Assembly: GCA_964106915.2 (NCBI GenBank)
Contig: OZ066919.1
Source of the DNA: Podarcis gaigeae
Taxonomy: Eukaryota
Length of the DNA stretch: 64,000 nt
Strand: one strand, 5' to 3'
The notes below the pieces were generated by a model. It ran no database searches, was not told the DNA's origin, and saw only the letters and a program-made list of their open reading frames with translations. This document shows positions 48,951 through 61,651 of the stretch, piece after piece. Position 1 is the first letter of the stretch; the number at the start of each line of letters is the position of its first letter. The position numbers were made by a program, and so were the translations under genes.

Positions 48951-51275
48951 CATAATGCTACATCCTACCTTGAAAATTGGTAGCACCAGCCACTTTTGTC
49001 CTATTCAAGTTGCACTCCCACCTCTGAGCAATTACAAGCGACTTAATGACAAACTGCTGCACCAGCTTTCCAGCATATAAGTCACTGTGCCTGAGGGCCT
49101 ACCTCCTGCATGCTACAGTCAACAGGTAAGTATACAGGTAAGCCTCTATGTGAACTAGTGCTGATGTGGGCACTCACAGCATTGGGCTATAAGCCGCTTG
49201 TTTTAATTCCATCATCTGCAGCATCAGTCCAATTTGTTTTGACCATCAACGACAAGTATTTCCACTGAAAAGCCATTGTATGCCTGTGCATACAAACCAA
49301 GTTAACATTTTGAAATAAATACAATGCCACCTTAAGACGATAGCACTTCTGGCCCAGGTACAATACATTAGAAGTCCTATACCAGGAACCAAAAGGCAGC
49401 CTAAAATCACAGTGCTGTTTCTGTACTGCCAACTTCTCTGATGAAAGAATGTGTTACTCTATACCAGAGGAATCTTAACGGTGCTCCCTCTCCCCACCCT
49501 AACGCTAACCCACAACTGCACAACTATGAACGCTATCTCCTACCTTGGTATTTACCAGTAAGAAGCAGCTGTCAAGAGAAAAACATAATAGGTTAATGTG
49601 CAACCCAATCTAGGTCTTCCTGCCTTGCTGGCAAAGCAAGAGTGTTACGCTTTCGAGGCTGTATGGAAATACCTTCTGTCATATGTCTCATATCCTTAAC
49701 CCTCTCTCAGGAATCCCAATCACTCAGCTCATTTTTGAAAAAGCAACATCAAAGCTGATGCAGGCATTCAGCTTGAGGAGAGATATTCCCAGAATGCACT
49801 GGGGGAGGGGAAGGAAATCGGGAGCACCACAGTGCTACTGTTGATGATTAAAAAGGGAGAAAGAACAGCACGTTGATAAAAAGCAGCATGGCACTGATTA
49901 CAGGCAAGGTTATAAATAATATTTTCATAAGTCTCACGGATTTTGTGCAGATTAACAAAGTATTTCTGCCAAGCACTTTGAAGATGAAGGACTCCATAGT
50001 GGCTTGATATTTTTAACAAGTGATAGCAGTTAGCTGTAAACTACATCCTTTCTTCAGATGTCTTACTTATTTTGCTACATGTATACCTCCCTCACCATAC
50101 CAGCACCTCAATTTCATGTGCTTATTCTAACGGCCATTGTGAAGTGTGAAAACTCTCTTAACCTTGTTTTACAAAAGAGATACCGAAGCACAGAAAACAA
50201 GCAATAGGGTTATGGTAGGATCAGAAGTGGGGATTATGGGAACCCAAGGATTGTGCACCAGCCACCAATATTTCCTCTCTCCCCCTTCAGTAATAATAGT
50301 CATTGTCTTCCCTACAAACTAAAAATTGGTGTTAAATGTACTGCATCTACCAGAAAACATCTCCCAAGAAAATCAATGCTAAAACTGGCTGTGAAAAGGA
50401 TTGCTTGAATCACAGAATAAAGCAGCAATTCAATGTTATTTTGTCTTTGACATTTTATAATGGAAGTTTAAAAGTGTGGGGGCGCATAGAGAAATGTGTT
50501 GCATGCATTCTATATTTCTTGTTCTGAGGGTACTAAAGAGACAAGGATTGGGTTTACATAAGGAACACATAGTGTGAGCTGCTAATGTGAAGTGTCAATC
50601 CATTTCCCCTTTTGCACCTTGTTCCATCACACTTCCCTGAGAGGGAGCAGTTTTGTGTGGAGAATAGAGCAGTAAGCACATACAATTTGAGTGTTTGCTC
50701 CTGAAGGGAAAGAGGTTTTCCAGATATATTTGTAAGATTAATGGTCCTCCTTCACTCCCTCTGCTGCTGCAATGCCTTCAATAAATGGGAAGGGTGGGTG
50801 AGAAAGTATTTTCCATCCTGGGGATTCTTGTAGTCTTGCCTTTTTCCTATGTTCCTGCGGTACCTGCGTCAACCTGCTGATATTTGAAACCTACTAGCAT
50901 TTTATTATGGTTTTTTAAAAATGACAATCTGTACAAGAGAGCCTTTATCTGTGATTGATGTTTCTGGATACTACTGTAATGGACAGGAAAACAACAGCAA
51001 CAATTTATAAAGGGGGACTACAGTATATTGAAGTTACTTCCATTGCCACATACCTATGAACATCCTATTGCCCCAATAATTCTCCATAAGAACCACAAGT
51101 CTGTACTTAAAATGAGCCACACAAGAATTACTTACAAGCATTCAAGCTAGCGCAATAAACAACAAGCCGAGTCATTTTCTTCAGAAGGGATTGACCAGTG
51201 AAAAAAGCACAAATCTACACAGTGACATGACAGGAACCTATCCTAACAAGCAGCCATCTTCTGCCTAGCTAATTA

Positions 51276-51504
51276 CAGTGGTACCTCCTGTTATGAACTT
51301 AATCTGTTCTGGAGGTCCGTTTGTAACCCGAAACCGTTCTTAACATGAGGTGCGCTTTTGCTAATGGGGCCTCCTGCTGCTGCCGTGCGACTTCCGCTCG
51401 CATTCCGGGGCAAAGTTCGCTACCGGGAGACCTACTTCCAGGTTAGTGGAGTTTGTTACCTGAAGCGTTTGTAAGGAGGACGGTACGTAACCTGGGTTCC
51501 ACTG
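51276..51504. mobile_element. Tc1/mariner (Tigger-like) MITE, related to 43862-44087 in the opposite orientation
   Basis: TA-flanked; cagtggtacctc / gggttccactg; internal gctaatggggcctcctgctgc is the reverse complement of gcagcaggaggccccattagc. Confidence 0.85.
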
Positions 51505-53132
51505 TACAGAGTTTGGAAGAAACAGCTCAGTTCTTTTTCTCCCTCCCCCTTAGCACAAGGGTTGCTTGCAACTTGCCACCAGAAATAGCTGGCCAGGGTG
51601 TCCATGAGTTTTCAGAATATGCCCCCTATGCCACTTCAAGAGGCAGGCCTGCTTGTAACAACATTTCTAGCATCAAGCCTACCCAGACTGGATTAATGAA
51701 GAGGAGGTGCTTCTTTAAAATATGACAAAACCCAGAACTGGAGCCCTACTCATGATCAACCCTGGCTGCATGAGCTGATCCAACGACATATTTTGAGGAA
51801 ATTAAAATCGACAAGATATGCAAGTGTTGTTGTTTGACAGATCAAGCCTCAGGATAATTTAGGTGTCTGCTGAAAATATCCCGAGTTAGGTGGTGGCACG
51901 CCTGTAGAGCCATTGCAGACAAGCATGTAAAAAGCTCCCATAATGCACTAGAGTTAGACAGGAGGAGAAAAGTGCAAAATGAAAAAAGACCTTTCCGATG
52001 TCAAGTTTCTAACATCTAATTTAGACCCACCCCAGGATGCTGCAAATATCTTCAAAGCGGTGCATCTTTTGTGTCCTGCCAAACTTATGTCATATGAAAA
52101 TGCAGTTCTACTGATGGTTTACCTTTGTTCCCTGCATTTCCTCCCTTCATTAACAGGAATGCTCAGCCATTACCCATTTTTATGTCAAGAAACCCCAATC
52201 TAATTGTTTAAAATCAAAGCCTCAAATTCTTATTAAGGTTATTTATAAGTCTCTCACATAGCAGATCTATCAAGTGTTTGAACTAATAAGAAAAAAGGCT
52301 GTTTATACAACAGCCTCTTTCAATCCCCACTTCTTTATCCTGGGTACATGTATATGACATGACAAACTCCACTTTTATTCCCTGGAGACAAAAGTCTAAT
52401 ATTTTTGGCACGGGTTGTGGGTAAGCATGGTACAAATGAAAACAAAGCATCGTGCATGGGTAAAATTAGTATGTGCTTGTTAGAAAAGAGAATATGTTTT
52501 CTCTAGAAAAAGAAGACCTGCAAGTTCAATTAAATAGCCATTTGCACAGCCAGGGAAGTCAATTGCTTCTTAATTGAATCACTTTCCCCACCCACATTTT
52601 TCTGATAAATTCTCTTTCTAAGCAGACCTTTTAATTTAATGCGGCATTTGAAGTATTTTGAGTGCTTGCCTAAGGGAGTAATACACTCTCCGGTAAACCT
52701 ATTTATAGGCAAGACTCAACATAAACCATCCTGCCCAAAGTAATTTACCTAATATATAGCATTTATTCATGAACACTATCATTCTTTTAAGAGGAATAAA
52801 AATCTTTTAAATACTGCAAAATTCATTAAGAAGGGCAAGTTTTTATTTAAAAAAGAAAAACCTTCTATATACATGCCCTGATCCAAATGAATGCCCATGG
52901 AGTCCTGTTTTTAGAATCTAAAATATCACTAGTCAGCTGTTAGTCATGGAAAATGGAATGGGGCTGGGGATAGAAGCGTCCCGAGCAGCCAATGATCAGG
53001 GTTTTAGGTAAAAAAACATTAAAAGGAGACTCCATGTGTACAACTCGGGTTGTTAGAATGGAGAAGGCAACTGTGCCACATGGCTTCTCATCCAGTTAAT
53101 ACACATGCTGATGGCAGGGAACGATAAGGAAG

Positions 53133-53310
53133 GGTAGTAGGTCAATGGGAGGCATTTGCAGAAGAACCCAGGTTTAGTTCCTGGCATCTACCAGTAGAGC
53201 TGGGAATGTGCTCATCTGAAACCCAGCAGAACTGCTGCCAGTCAGTGAAGACAATACTGAGCTAGATGAACCAATGGTCTGACTCTGTATAAGGCAGTTT
53301 CCTATGTTCC
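53133..53310 (+). mobile_element. tRNA-derived squamate SINE
   Basis: cccaggtttagttcctggcatct..ctgctgccagtcagtgaagacaatactgagctagatgaaccaatggtctgactctgtataaggcagtttcctatgttcct. Confidence 0.7.
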
Positions 53311-53852
53311 TTCCATGTTTCTTATGGTCCTAGCTGTAATTTCATCCACTTTTCAGGAAAGCTTTGAGGAAATGTGTACTGAAACAATGGATAAACCGAT
53401 GAACAATTTTCAGTGAAAGATTTTTTTCTTTCACTGCAAAACTCCATCCTGAAATCAAATCAACCCCAGATTTAACTTTATCAACCTGTAAGCTTATAAA
53501 GTGATAGAGGAACAAAGACACCTTATTGTGATGTGTAGTTTAGATGCAATGTTATTTTTGCTTACATTCCACTTAACAAGACGCAAACAATATTAACAAC
53601 GAAGAGCTCTGTGGCTACTTAAAGACCAACAAATTCATTATGGTGAAAGCTTTCATGGATGAACATAGGCTTTCAAAGGGGTGGGGGGAGATAATCACAC
53701 AGACACTGAACTTGTAGGTGGGCCATTCTCATTATTCCTCTCAAGAATTATGCTGACAGCTTGTTAGCCAGAACTGCAGACGACACATACAGTTTTCCAG
53801 CTGCAACACATATCAGCTTTGCTGCAAGCGTGTTAAAAGTCAGGTCTCTTAC

Positions 53853-54050
53853 CGTGAAGTAGAACTGTTCTGTCTCCTGCTGATTTGCCCGTCTCTTAGC
53901 AATGCTTGGCTTGCTCATGAAGGTTTCAGAGACTGTTGATTTTACAGACTCCATCGAGTTGCTATACTGGAAGCAGTCAGAGACATCGAAATCCTCAATG
54001 GTGACGATATCCTGGATAGTCTGCAGTGTGGCTTCCATTGTTTTCTTAAC
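53853..54050 (-). CDS. SRGAP2: SRGAP2 coding exon 9, 198 nt, phase 0-0
   Basis: VKKTMEATLQTIQDIVTIEDFDVSDCFQYSNSMESVKSTVSETFMSKPSIAKRRANQQETEQFYFT; acceptor ctgtcag|GTT, donor ACG|gtaaga. Confidence 0.98.
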
Positions 54051-54487
54051 CTGACAGAGTGAACACAAGAGAGGAATTATAAAGGGGGGGAGGGAGAAGA
54101 GCGAAGGTGAGAATGCAGAGGAAAATGCCTTGTTATCACTCGGTTTGTCATTTACTGCAACTGAGGGTCTGTGATTCTCAAACATAACACAACACAAGAA
54201 CAGGGTCTACAGAGAAAAGTGGCTGAGAGGAGACTGAGGATTTAATCTTATGCACACTTTCAGTTAACATTATAGCATAGGTGGAACAAATTCATGAAAC
54301 TTGGACCAAAACGTACACAACTGTACATCTAACATTTGCTGTTTGGTTGCCTTAAAAAATTGTGCCTGAACAGAAGCTTATATGTTTTTATCTTCTCAGC
54401 TGCCTTTACTTTCCTCCAACATATTGTCCAGACTATGGTAAAACAGCAAGGGAAAAGACCAATAAAAAATGGAATTTGTTAGCTTAC

Positions 54488-54589
54488 CTCTTCATTTTCT
54501 ATCTTCAGCGTGGATAGCCTAGACTGCAGCTGCTGACACCTCTGCACTAACTCACTCTGCACGGGCTGCTGGGCACACAGCTGGGACAC
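54488..54589 (-). CDS. SRGAP2: SRGAP2 coding exon 8, 102 nt, phase 0-0
   Basis: VSQLCAQQPVQSELVQRCQQLQSRLSTLKIENEE; acceptor ttttccag|GTG, donor GAG|gtaagc. Confidence 0.98.
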
Positions 54590-54698
54590 CTGGAAAAGAA
54601 ATGGAACTTTCTAGACATTTGATTCTTCAGCTCTGCACAAGCATGAGAGGTGTGGACTGGGCCACGGAACAAATGGAGTCCTAGGGTTTCATAGGAGA

Positions 54699-55147
54699 AA
54701 CGGCTCAGGAACGCAATATCTCAAGAACTGCAGCTCTCCATATGAACCTACCCAGAACATGAGATCATCTTCTGAGGCCCTTCTTTGTGCACCTCCTCCA
54801 TGAGAGGTCTTGAGGGTGGCAACACGAGAATGGGCCTTTTCTGCAGTGGCTCCCCATTTGTGGAATGCTCTCCCTACGGAGGTTTGCTTGGTACCCTCAT
54901 TACACACCAGGTGAAAACATTCCTCTTTAAACAGGCCTTGGGTTGACTTGACACTGAATGTCCTTTTCAAATGTGCTGTAGAAGGGGTTTTATTGGTTTG
55001 CTTCTGTTCTAAGTTTTGTTATGTATTTTATATTTTTTATATTGTAATGATATGTTGTGTAAACTGCCCTGAAATCTACAGGTGTAGGGTGGTATACAAA
55101 TTTAATAAACAAACAAACAAACAAACAAACAAACAAACAAACAAACA
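54699..55147 (+). mobile_element. L2 LINE 3' end with (AAAC)n tail
   Basis: gggccttttctgcagtggctccccatttgtggaatgctctccc; ccaggtgaaaacattcctcttt; gtaaactgccctga..gggtggtatacaaatttaataaa(caaa)n. Confidence 0.85.
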
Positions 55148-55442
55148 TTTCAGTGCAGGGGCTTTTCCTTGGGCAATGGAACAATCTCTCCATCTCCTCA
55201 CCATGTACCTCCCTAAATTCGTTCTGGATTTTCCTTCAACCCTCCAGATTAGATTTGGGACTGGTGAGAGGAGATAGGGAGGGAAGTCATTTTGTGCTAG
55301 CATAAATATTTAATGCATACTGCATATAGCTTTTCTTGAACCAGCATTGACCTGTGAGCAAGGATGAGAGACAGGGTCAAAACTGTCCCTAAAAAGGATT
55401 GTGGAGATACATGTAACATGTAGGTGAACCCAAAGACTATGC

Positions 55443-55572
55443 CAGGCTTTCTCAACCTCGGCCCTCCAGATTTTTTGAGACTACCATTCCCATCATCCCT
55501 GACTACTGGTCCTGCTAGCTAGGGATCATGGGAGTTGTAGGCCAAAAACATCTGGAGGGCCAAGGCTGAGGA
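55443..55572. mobile_element. hAT-Charlie-type palindromic MITE
   Basis: ctcaacctcggccctccaga..cccatcatccct..agggatcatggg..tctggagggccaaggctgag. Confidence 0.8.
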
Positions 55573-56554
55573 CCATGCTGTTTGGTTCAAGCAAGATTTC
55601 TACCCATTATTAACAAAGATAATTAAATATTTAAGCAAATTTAATATATTATAAGGAAACACAAGGGACAAGGACTCACAAAAAAATTCCATCCACACAA
55701 AAACTGCCGAGGACATGATTGGCTTGGGTTGGTTGATTTATCTTGGCTTAATAAACTGAGGTATGAGCCTTTCACCTGTATTCACAGGCCTCTTCTTTCT
55801 GCCCTTTGCACAACTCATGATCAAACCATGATGAAGTCTTGAATTAAACATAGTTTCCTGTTTTGTCCTAAGTGGGAAAACATGCTTACCAGTTTCAGAC
55901 AAGCAACGATCTTAAAGCAATTCCAAACCATGGTTGAAATTCTGCTTCTTACTGAAGCTGGTAACTATAACTTCCCAGTTGGGATGAAATGGCAAACTGT
56001 GATTAAATTCCTGGTTTAATCGTGGTTTATAACAAGCAAGAAGAGATGGGACTGATGTGCTGAAGAAGAAAAAGCTTAACTTATGAAGCCAAGATATGAT
56101 TATCCCAATGTAGTAGCTTAATCTTCCATTCCCTGCTCAAACCTGTTACATTAAGGGTAACTCAATATCTGCATGCTCAAATTTAAAGAAGCAGCCTATT
56201 TTTATTTTTTATTTTTAATCCTGAACTTCAAAATACATTGTTGGAGGAGAGTTTCTTTCAAGCTTTGATTGCCAGTTAAATCCACTGCTGGATGTGCATC
56301 TAGCCCTTGGGCAGATTTCAAAGCAACAAGATGATGCTATAAAAAAGACAAAAATCCAATACAGCTCTGTGGGGGGTAAAAATCAATGGAAGGTTCATCA
56401 TTTGCTCCAACATTTGAACATATTTCAGAACCACCGTAAGTCTCTATTATTGGGACAAATATGGGGGCTGATGGCTACATGAACTACTGTATTTTCAGAT
56501 TTCACTGAAGTATTAGAATATTAGAATATATTAGGATATTTTACATTTGCTTAT

Positions 56555-56735
56555 AATCTTGGGACACCCAAATTCAAATCCTTACTCAGCCAGGAAGCTC
56601 AATGAGTGACTCTGGGCCATCTCTTAGCCTAACCTTTCTCACATGGTGGTTGTGATGATAAAATGGTAGAGGGAAGAACTATACATGCCACCATAAACTT
56701 GGAGGAAAATTGGGATGTAATTGTAATAATAATCA
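56555..56735 (+). mobile_element. Old CORE/MIR-like SINE, degenerate
   Basis: ttcaaatccttactcagcc..gagtgactctgggcca..agcctaacctttctcaca..ggttgtgatgataaaatgg. Confidence 0.55.
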
Positions 56736-58505
56736 TAAATTTTAGGTTATAGCATATACATGAGATTACAATTACCAGAGCAGATATGGAATTTAATGAA
56801 TTTTATAGTATAAAACAGAACTCTTGATGGTACCTGCATCACTGAGATATTCTCACTTCCCAATGAATGCAGACATACAACAACAAATTTAACATTAAGT
56901 AATAAAGATTTTCTAACACTTTTGTTCTCCATAATAGTGACATGAATCAAGATAAGAGATTGTGCCCCTTTGAATAAAGTTGTAACACCCTGCATGGGAT
57001 CCAATGGTGCTTGCTTCTTCAACAACATGAACTCTAATATATCGCAGCTGTGTGCAACAGCTAAGAAAATTCCATGGATAAGAACACTGAAAAAAGACCT
57101 AATGCAAAGCATCTGTGATAACAGTCTCTTGGGAGTAGATACACTAGATGAAGGAAACATGCAATAAATACCAGAGGAATATGCAATGAAATACCAGGCT
57201 TCAGTTTTATGGCTCACCATCCAGCATGCACAATTATCTGCCTTTACAAGGTATCTTGTTATATAGGCAGAGCTTGGGGGAGAGGGGGGACAAAAATGGA
57301 TGACTTTGCTATTCTTAGTTGGCACGTTAAATTCAGTGACAGGTTTTACAGAGGATTCTGTTTCCTATGCTGTGAATTAGTGGGGGGAAACTCAACTTGG
57401 GTGACCCACTGGATATATAATGCAAACAGTCAGAGTTTTACATGCAGATATTAAGGGGGAAAGTCTCAAGAAACAAAAAACTAACTTACAGGTTGGGATG
57501 AAACATGTTGATACCCACCTTTGAATTACCCTAACTCTTGTATATTTTCAGTAGGGCACAAAGACTCCTTTTTCCCCGGTGGCTTTTAATAGTTAATATA
57601 AACTGGGGTTATAAATTGGGGCTATTGTGCTATGGTCTGTAGTTTATCTCAACGATGGATTTATTTATTTTTTCCTTTAGTATTACTATGAAATTGATAT
57701 TTTTAAAGTTTTTTATATTGTACTTGGATTTGTATTTTTGTATATACAAAAAGTGGCCTATAAATCCATTCAATAAATAATAAATTAAAGCACTGAATTT
57801 GAGAGCTCATTTCTCAGGCCTGATTCACAGCCATTTTCCAACATTTGAACAACAGTGATCACCATGAGGAGACAGATTCACAAGACAATAGTTGTACAAG
57901 TTAGGTCTTAGAGAAGCGAAAGAGTCTCTTATGAAGGAAGGAGACCAGCTTGAAGAGGATATCATTAGAGCAACCAGCATAGAAAACATATAACTAAATA
58001 AATTAATGGCCAACAGAGCAGAGTTTGTACTACTGAGTTTTCCAAGAGAGCCACCAAAAAGATATGCAATGAAATACCAACCTTCACTTTTATGGTTCAC
58101 AATTCAGTGAGCGATTCCTGTACATACTACACAGTAATGACATTGAGCTTCAACTCTCTTATTTATCATGGTGCTAGGAAATACTGACAATCTCTACAGT
58201 AAATTATTTCCCCAATTAATTTTATTCTAAGGGTGAAGCAAGTGGATCATTTCTTTTCTAAGAAGCCATCATTATTACAAATGAGAAGATACCACAAACT
58301 GATACTACAAATTCACTTTCTCTTCTTACCCATTAAGATATATAATTAGGACATTCTTCCAGAATTTGATGCCCAGGCTGAAGGCCAAGATGCCAAGTCA
58401 CTGACCAATTCAAGACAATTTGCTTGATTCCCCTCCACAATCCTTATTGTGACTGGACTGGAAATTCCATTAAATGCTTATTTATGAAAAAAGAATAAAA
58501 CTAAC

Positions 58506-58730
58506 CATGTCTCCCATGTGCGGCTGAAACTCAAACTTCATGGGTGGGCAGAAGACATTGTTACACATCTCCATGAGGCGCTGCTTGTCGCTGTTGGCAT
58601 CCAAGTTCTCCACAGCATTCTCAATGGCATCCAGGCCCTCGTGCTTTGATTGTTCTAAGTTCAGCTCTGCTGACAGGAATGTCCTGAGTGCCCTACCCAG
58701 GCTGGCATGATATCCCAGGTCACAGCACTG
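58506..58730 (-). CDS. SRGAP2: SRGAP2 coding exon (human exon 7 equivalent), 225 nt, phase 0-0; distal F-BAR
   Basis: Translates QCCDLGYHASLGRALRTFLSAELNLEQSKHEGLDAIENAVENLDANSDKQRLMEMCNNVFCPPMKFEFQPHMGDM, near-identical to recalled SRGAP2, including the PPMKF (PPxxF, Homer EVH1-type) motif. Acceptor ttttccag|CAG, donor ATG|gttagt. Confidence 0.98.
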
Positions 58731-59627
58731 CTGGAAAATAAAAATAAAAAAGAAAGGCCATCTGAAACTCAAGAAGCTCTACAGGACACAGAGGTTATAA
58801 TTTATCAATGTTTTTACATGCATTACTCAACACGTTTATTTCGGTCTCAGAAGGTCCAATCCACCACACAAGAAACATGAAACTGATGTCCAGAGCTACG
58901 TAATTTATGTTTGTACCAAAAGCTTAAAATCTTGTTTAATAGTTACACCATGTTTAAAAGTTACACCATGCAGCCAATTTTGGATTGTATCAAATTTTCT
59001 CATGTGATTGAGCAAGTCTTAAACTGCCAACATGGGTTTCTTTGGCTGCTTATCAGGTAGAATCAATGAAATGGACCCAGCTCAATTAAACAATCTAGAA
59101 CTCTCTGCTTAATATTGATCTGCCTTACCAAGTCTAACTCACACTTGCAGATGTACTCCAGCATTCTGGATTGGTACCATTGTGTGTGTTTCTCTCCTGC
59201 TCTCAGGTCTTTCAGACTCACTCCCTCTCTGGATGTTGGCCCTGACTGCTGGGTAATTATGCTCATCTTGCAACTCTGATCTGTTAAGCCTGGGTGACCT
59301 GATTTACCAGCTCCTGCTCATATCCTAGCTGGATTGCTGCTGTTTCTTTTCCCAAATGCCAGAAAGCAATATGAGCTTAGGCTCCTCTTTAAATAAACTG
59401 TACTTGTTGGCGACAATGGAGAAGAGTCTCTGAAGAGGATCTTAAGTAAGCTCTGCAAGGGATTGGACCTTCTCAGTGGCAATGACCAAGCTTTGCAACA
59501 TCCTTGTACATACTTGCCTGACAGCAACTTGGTTAACTTTCAGTTACTAAAGTCCACATGCCTTTAATGATAACTATTTGGAGACTCCATTGAATTGTTT
59601 TCAATACCTTGTTTCTACTGTTCTATC

Positions 59628-59807
59628 CAGGAGTACCAACTTCAATAAAATGGGGGGGGGGGAGCCCCACCCTGCATAATCAATCACATGACACAGTGCA
59701 TACAAACCATTTGAATGGCAATGACCATCAACTTGGGGGGAGGTGGCCCCCTCAAATATTTTATTGGGGGGGTGAAGGCCCCTCAGCCCCTAGGAGTTTG
59801 CTCCTAT
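59628..59807. mobile_element. Non-autonomous DNA transposon (MITE)
   Basis: Imperfect TIR-like ends caggagtaccaact / agtttgctcctatg; G-run internal structure. Confidence 0.5.
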
Positions 59808-61571
59808 GGTTCTACCCACTGCTTTGGGGTGTATGAGATGTTAGGGGAGGGATATTGCTCTTTCTGGGGTAGTTTGACAACCTTTCCCCACCCTGTACTT
59901 AGCTCACACCTGTGGCTCCTAAAATCTGTCAGCATGTGACAGCACCCACACCCAGGGAATAGCTTTGGCTGGCTTGCTAAACCAGGTGTGGATAGCCAAT
60001 GGGTCTCAAACCCTTGGTGTGTTGAGTACTTCCATTGCATGTGAAGACAGGCTCCAGTGGATTGAGTGGATGAGACCAATAGCAGTCAAAAAGGTGGTTT
60101 CTGCATGTGCTGTAGAAGGAAGTGAGGGGCAGATGGGGTTCATCAACCCGGGAAGGTAGCCCATCTAGGAAAAGGAAAATTCTGGTCCTCCACTGCCTTG
60201 AGGGACATCTTTGGGAGAAGAAAAGGCTAAGGAGCAAACCCTACACAAATCAGATGTGGAGTCCTTAAGATGGTTGGATGGCACCTTGTATGACTCCTTC
60301 CAGAAACTTCGGCAGCCAAGCTGGTGCCTAACCACTGCTTTCCTTTGGACCACATGAGGAAGGCTGGGGGGAAGGGGTCCTCATCGTCAGGGCTGCCCTA
60401 GGCCTCAATATCCACTACCCAGGCTTGAGTCCTGGGGAGGTCACTTTGGTGCTGCTAACACAGCAGTTTGACTTCGCCCCTGGAGGCACACTCAAGTGTC
60501 CCTTGAGACAGACAGATGCCAACAACAACATTCAACTACTTTTATTGTCAGCTTATCATACTCCTGTACTTTATTGTGTGAAGGGTAGGAATGCAATATA
60601 TGAAACAAATACTAAAATGTTCACTCAGATTTTGCAGATCGAAGGAAAGAAAGTGAAGAAAAACTTTTAAAAGGAATCCCTTTAGTCAAGCTCTTCCCGC
60701 ACTTCTGACAACTTTAGCATATTGTTCTTGAAAGCCAATCTGCTATCCAAACCAAATCATATTACTTATGGGGAAGAAGCTCCTGCCATTTCTTCATCAG
60801 AAGCAGATTTGATTCTCCCACCCTCTTAAAAGAAACCAGTAGACCAAAATAAAAAAGAGAGAGCGTGAGCAAAAATTAAATATGCTAGGAAGCCATCCAA
60901 AAGGAGGAAGAGCCCATCTGCTTGATGGATGCCCTGCTCTGGAACTGAAATCAATAGACTCTCCTCCTCCTGCATAATTATTTTGAGCATGGGAGAGGCA
61001 GGGCATGAAAATAAATGGGAGAAAAAGAAGGGGAGGATGGAAAAGGGGAAAGGGAAGGGAAGAACTGCAACCCGAGCCACCTTCCAACGCTTTTGAAACA
61101 AGCCTTGCCATGGCCTGCCACAAGATGCCTGGGTACAGTGCCAAGAGGCTGTGGAGTGTGGCAGGTGTCAAGCTCTTATAAAGCAGCAGCAGTTGCTGGC
61201 TTTACTGGAAGCGCACAATGGAAGGACGTTCAATTCAATCAAGATGCACAAAGACCAAGCACAAAAACAAAGGCAGCTTGATTGAGAATTTGCACATGCA
61301 GAGGGTGGTTCATTGGGTAAAAAAGCCGTTCAAGCAGTTGCAGCTCTGCTGTCGCACTAAAAGTCCATGTTTTACACAGCACAACTGGAGGAAAACTGGC
61401 TTCAAGTGAGAATTAGAACCCTCTTAAGAGGTCAAAACTTAAGAGAAGCACATGGGTCAATCTACTATGAATCTCCCATTGTGGATGGATCCCCCTTGGA
61501 TACAGTTGGCAAAATACATCCACAGTATTTGGATTCATCTTTATAAGGAAGACCAGAGAGTCAGCCAGTCA

Positions 61572-61572
61572 G

Positions 61573-61646
<74 letters not shown>

Positions 61647-61651
61647 TGTGT
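61572..61651. repeat. Compound (TC)n(TG)n microsatellite
   Basis: Visible directly. Confidence 0.95.

Noticed and set aside
53605-53675. Second Penelope-like remnant (cttaaagaccaac..aagctttcatgg)
   Set aside because: Too short and decayed; no complete hammerhead core, so not called.
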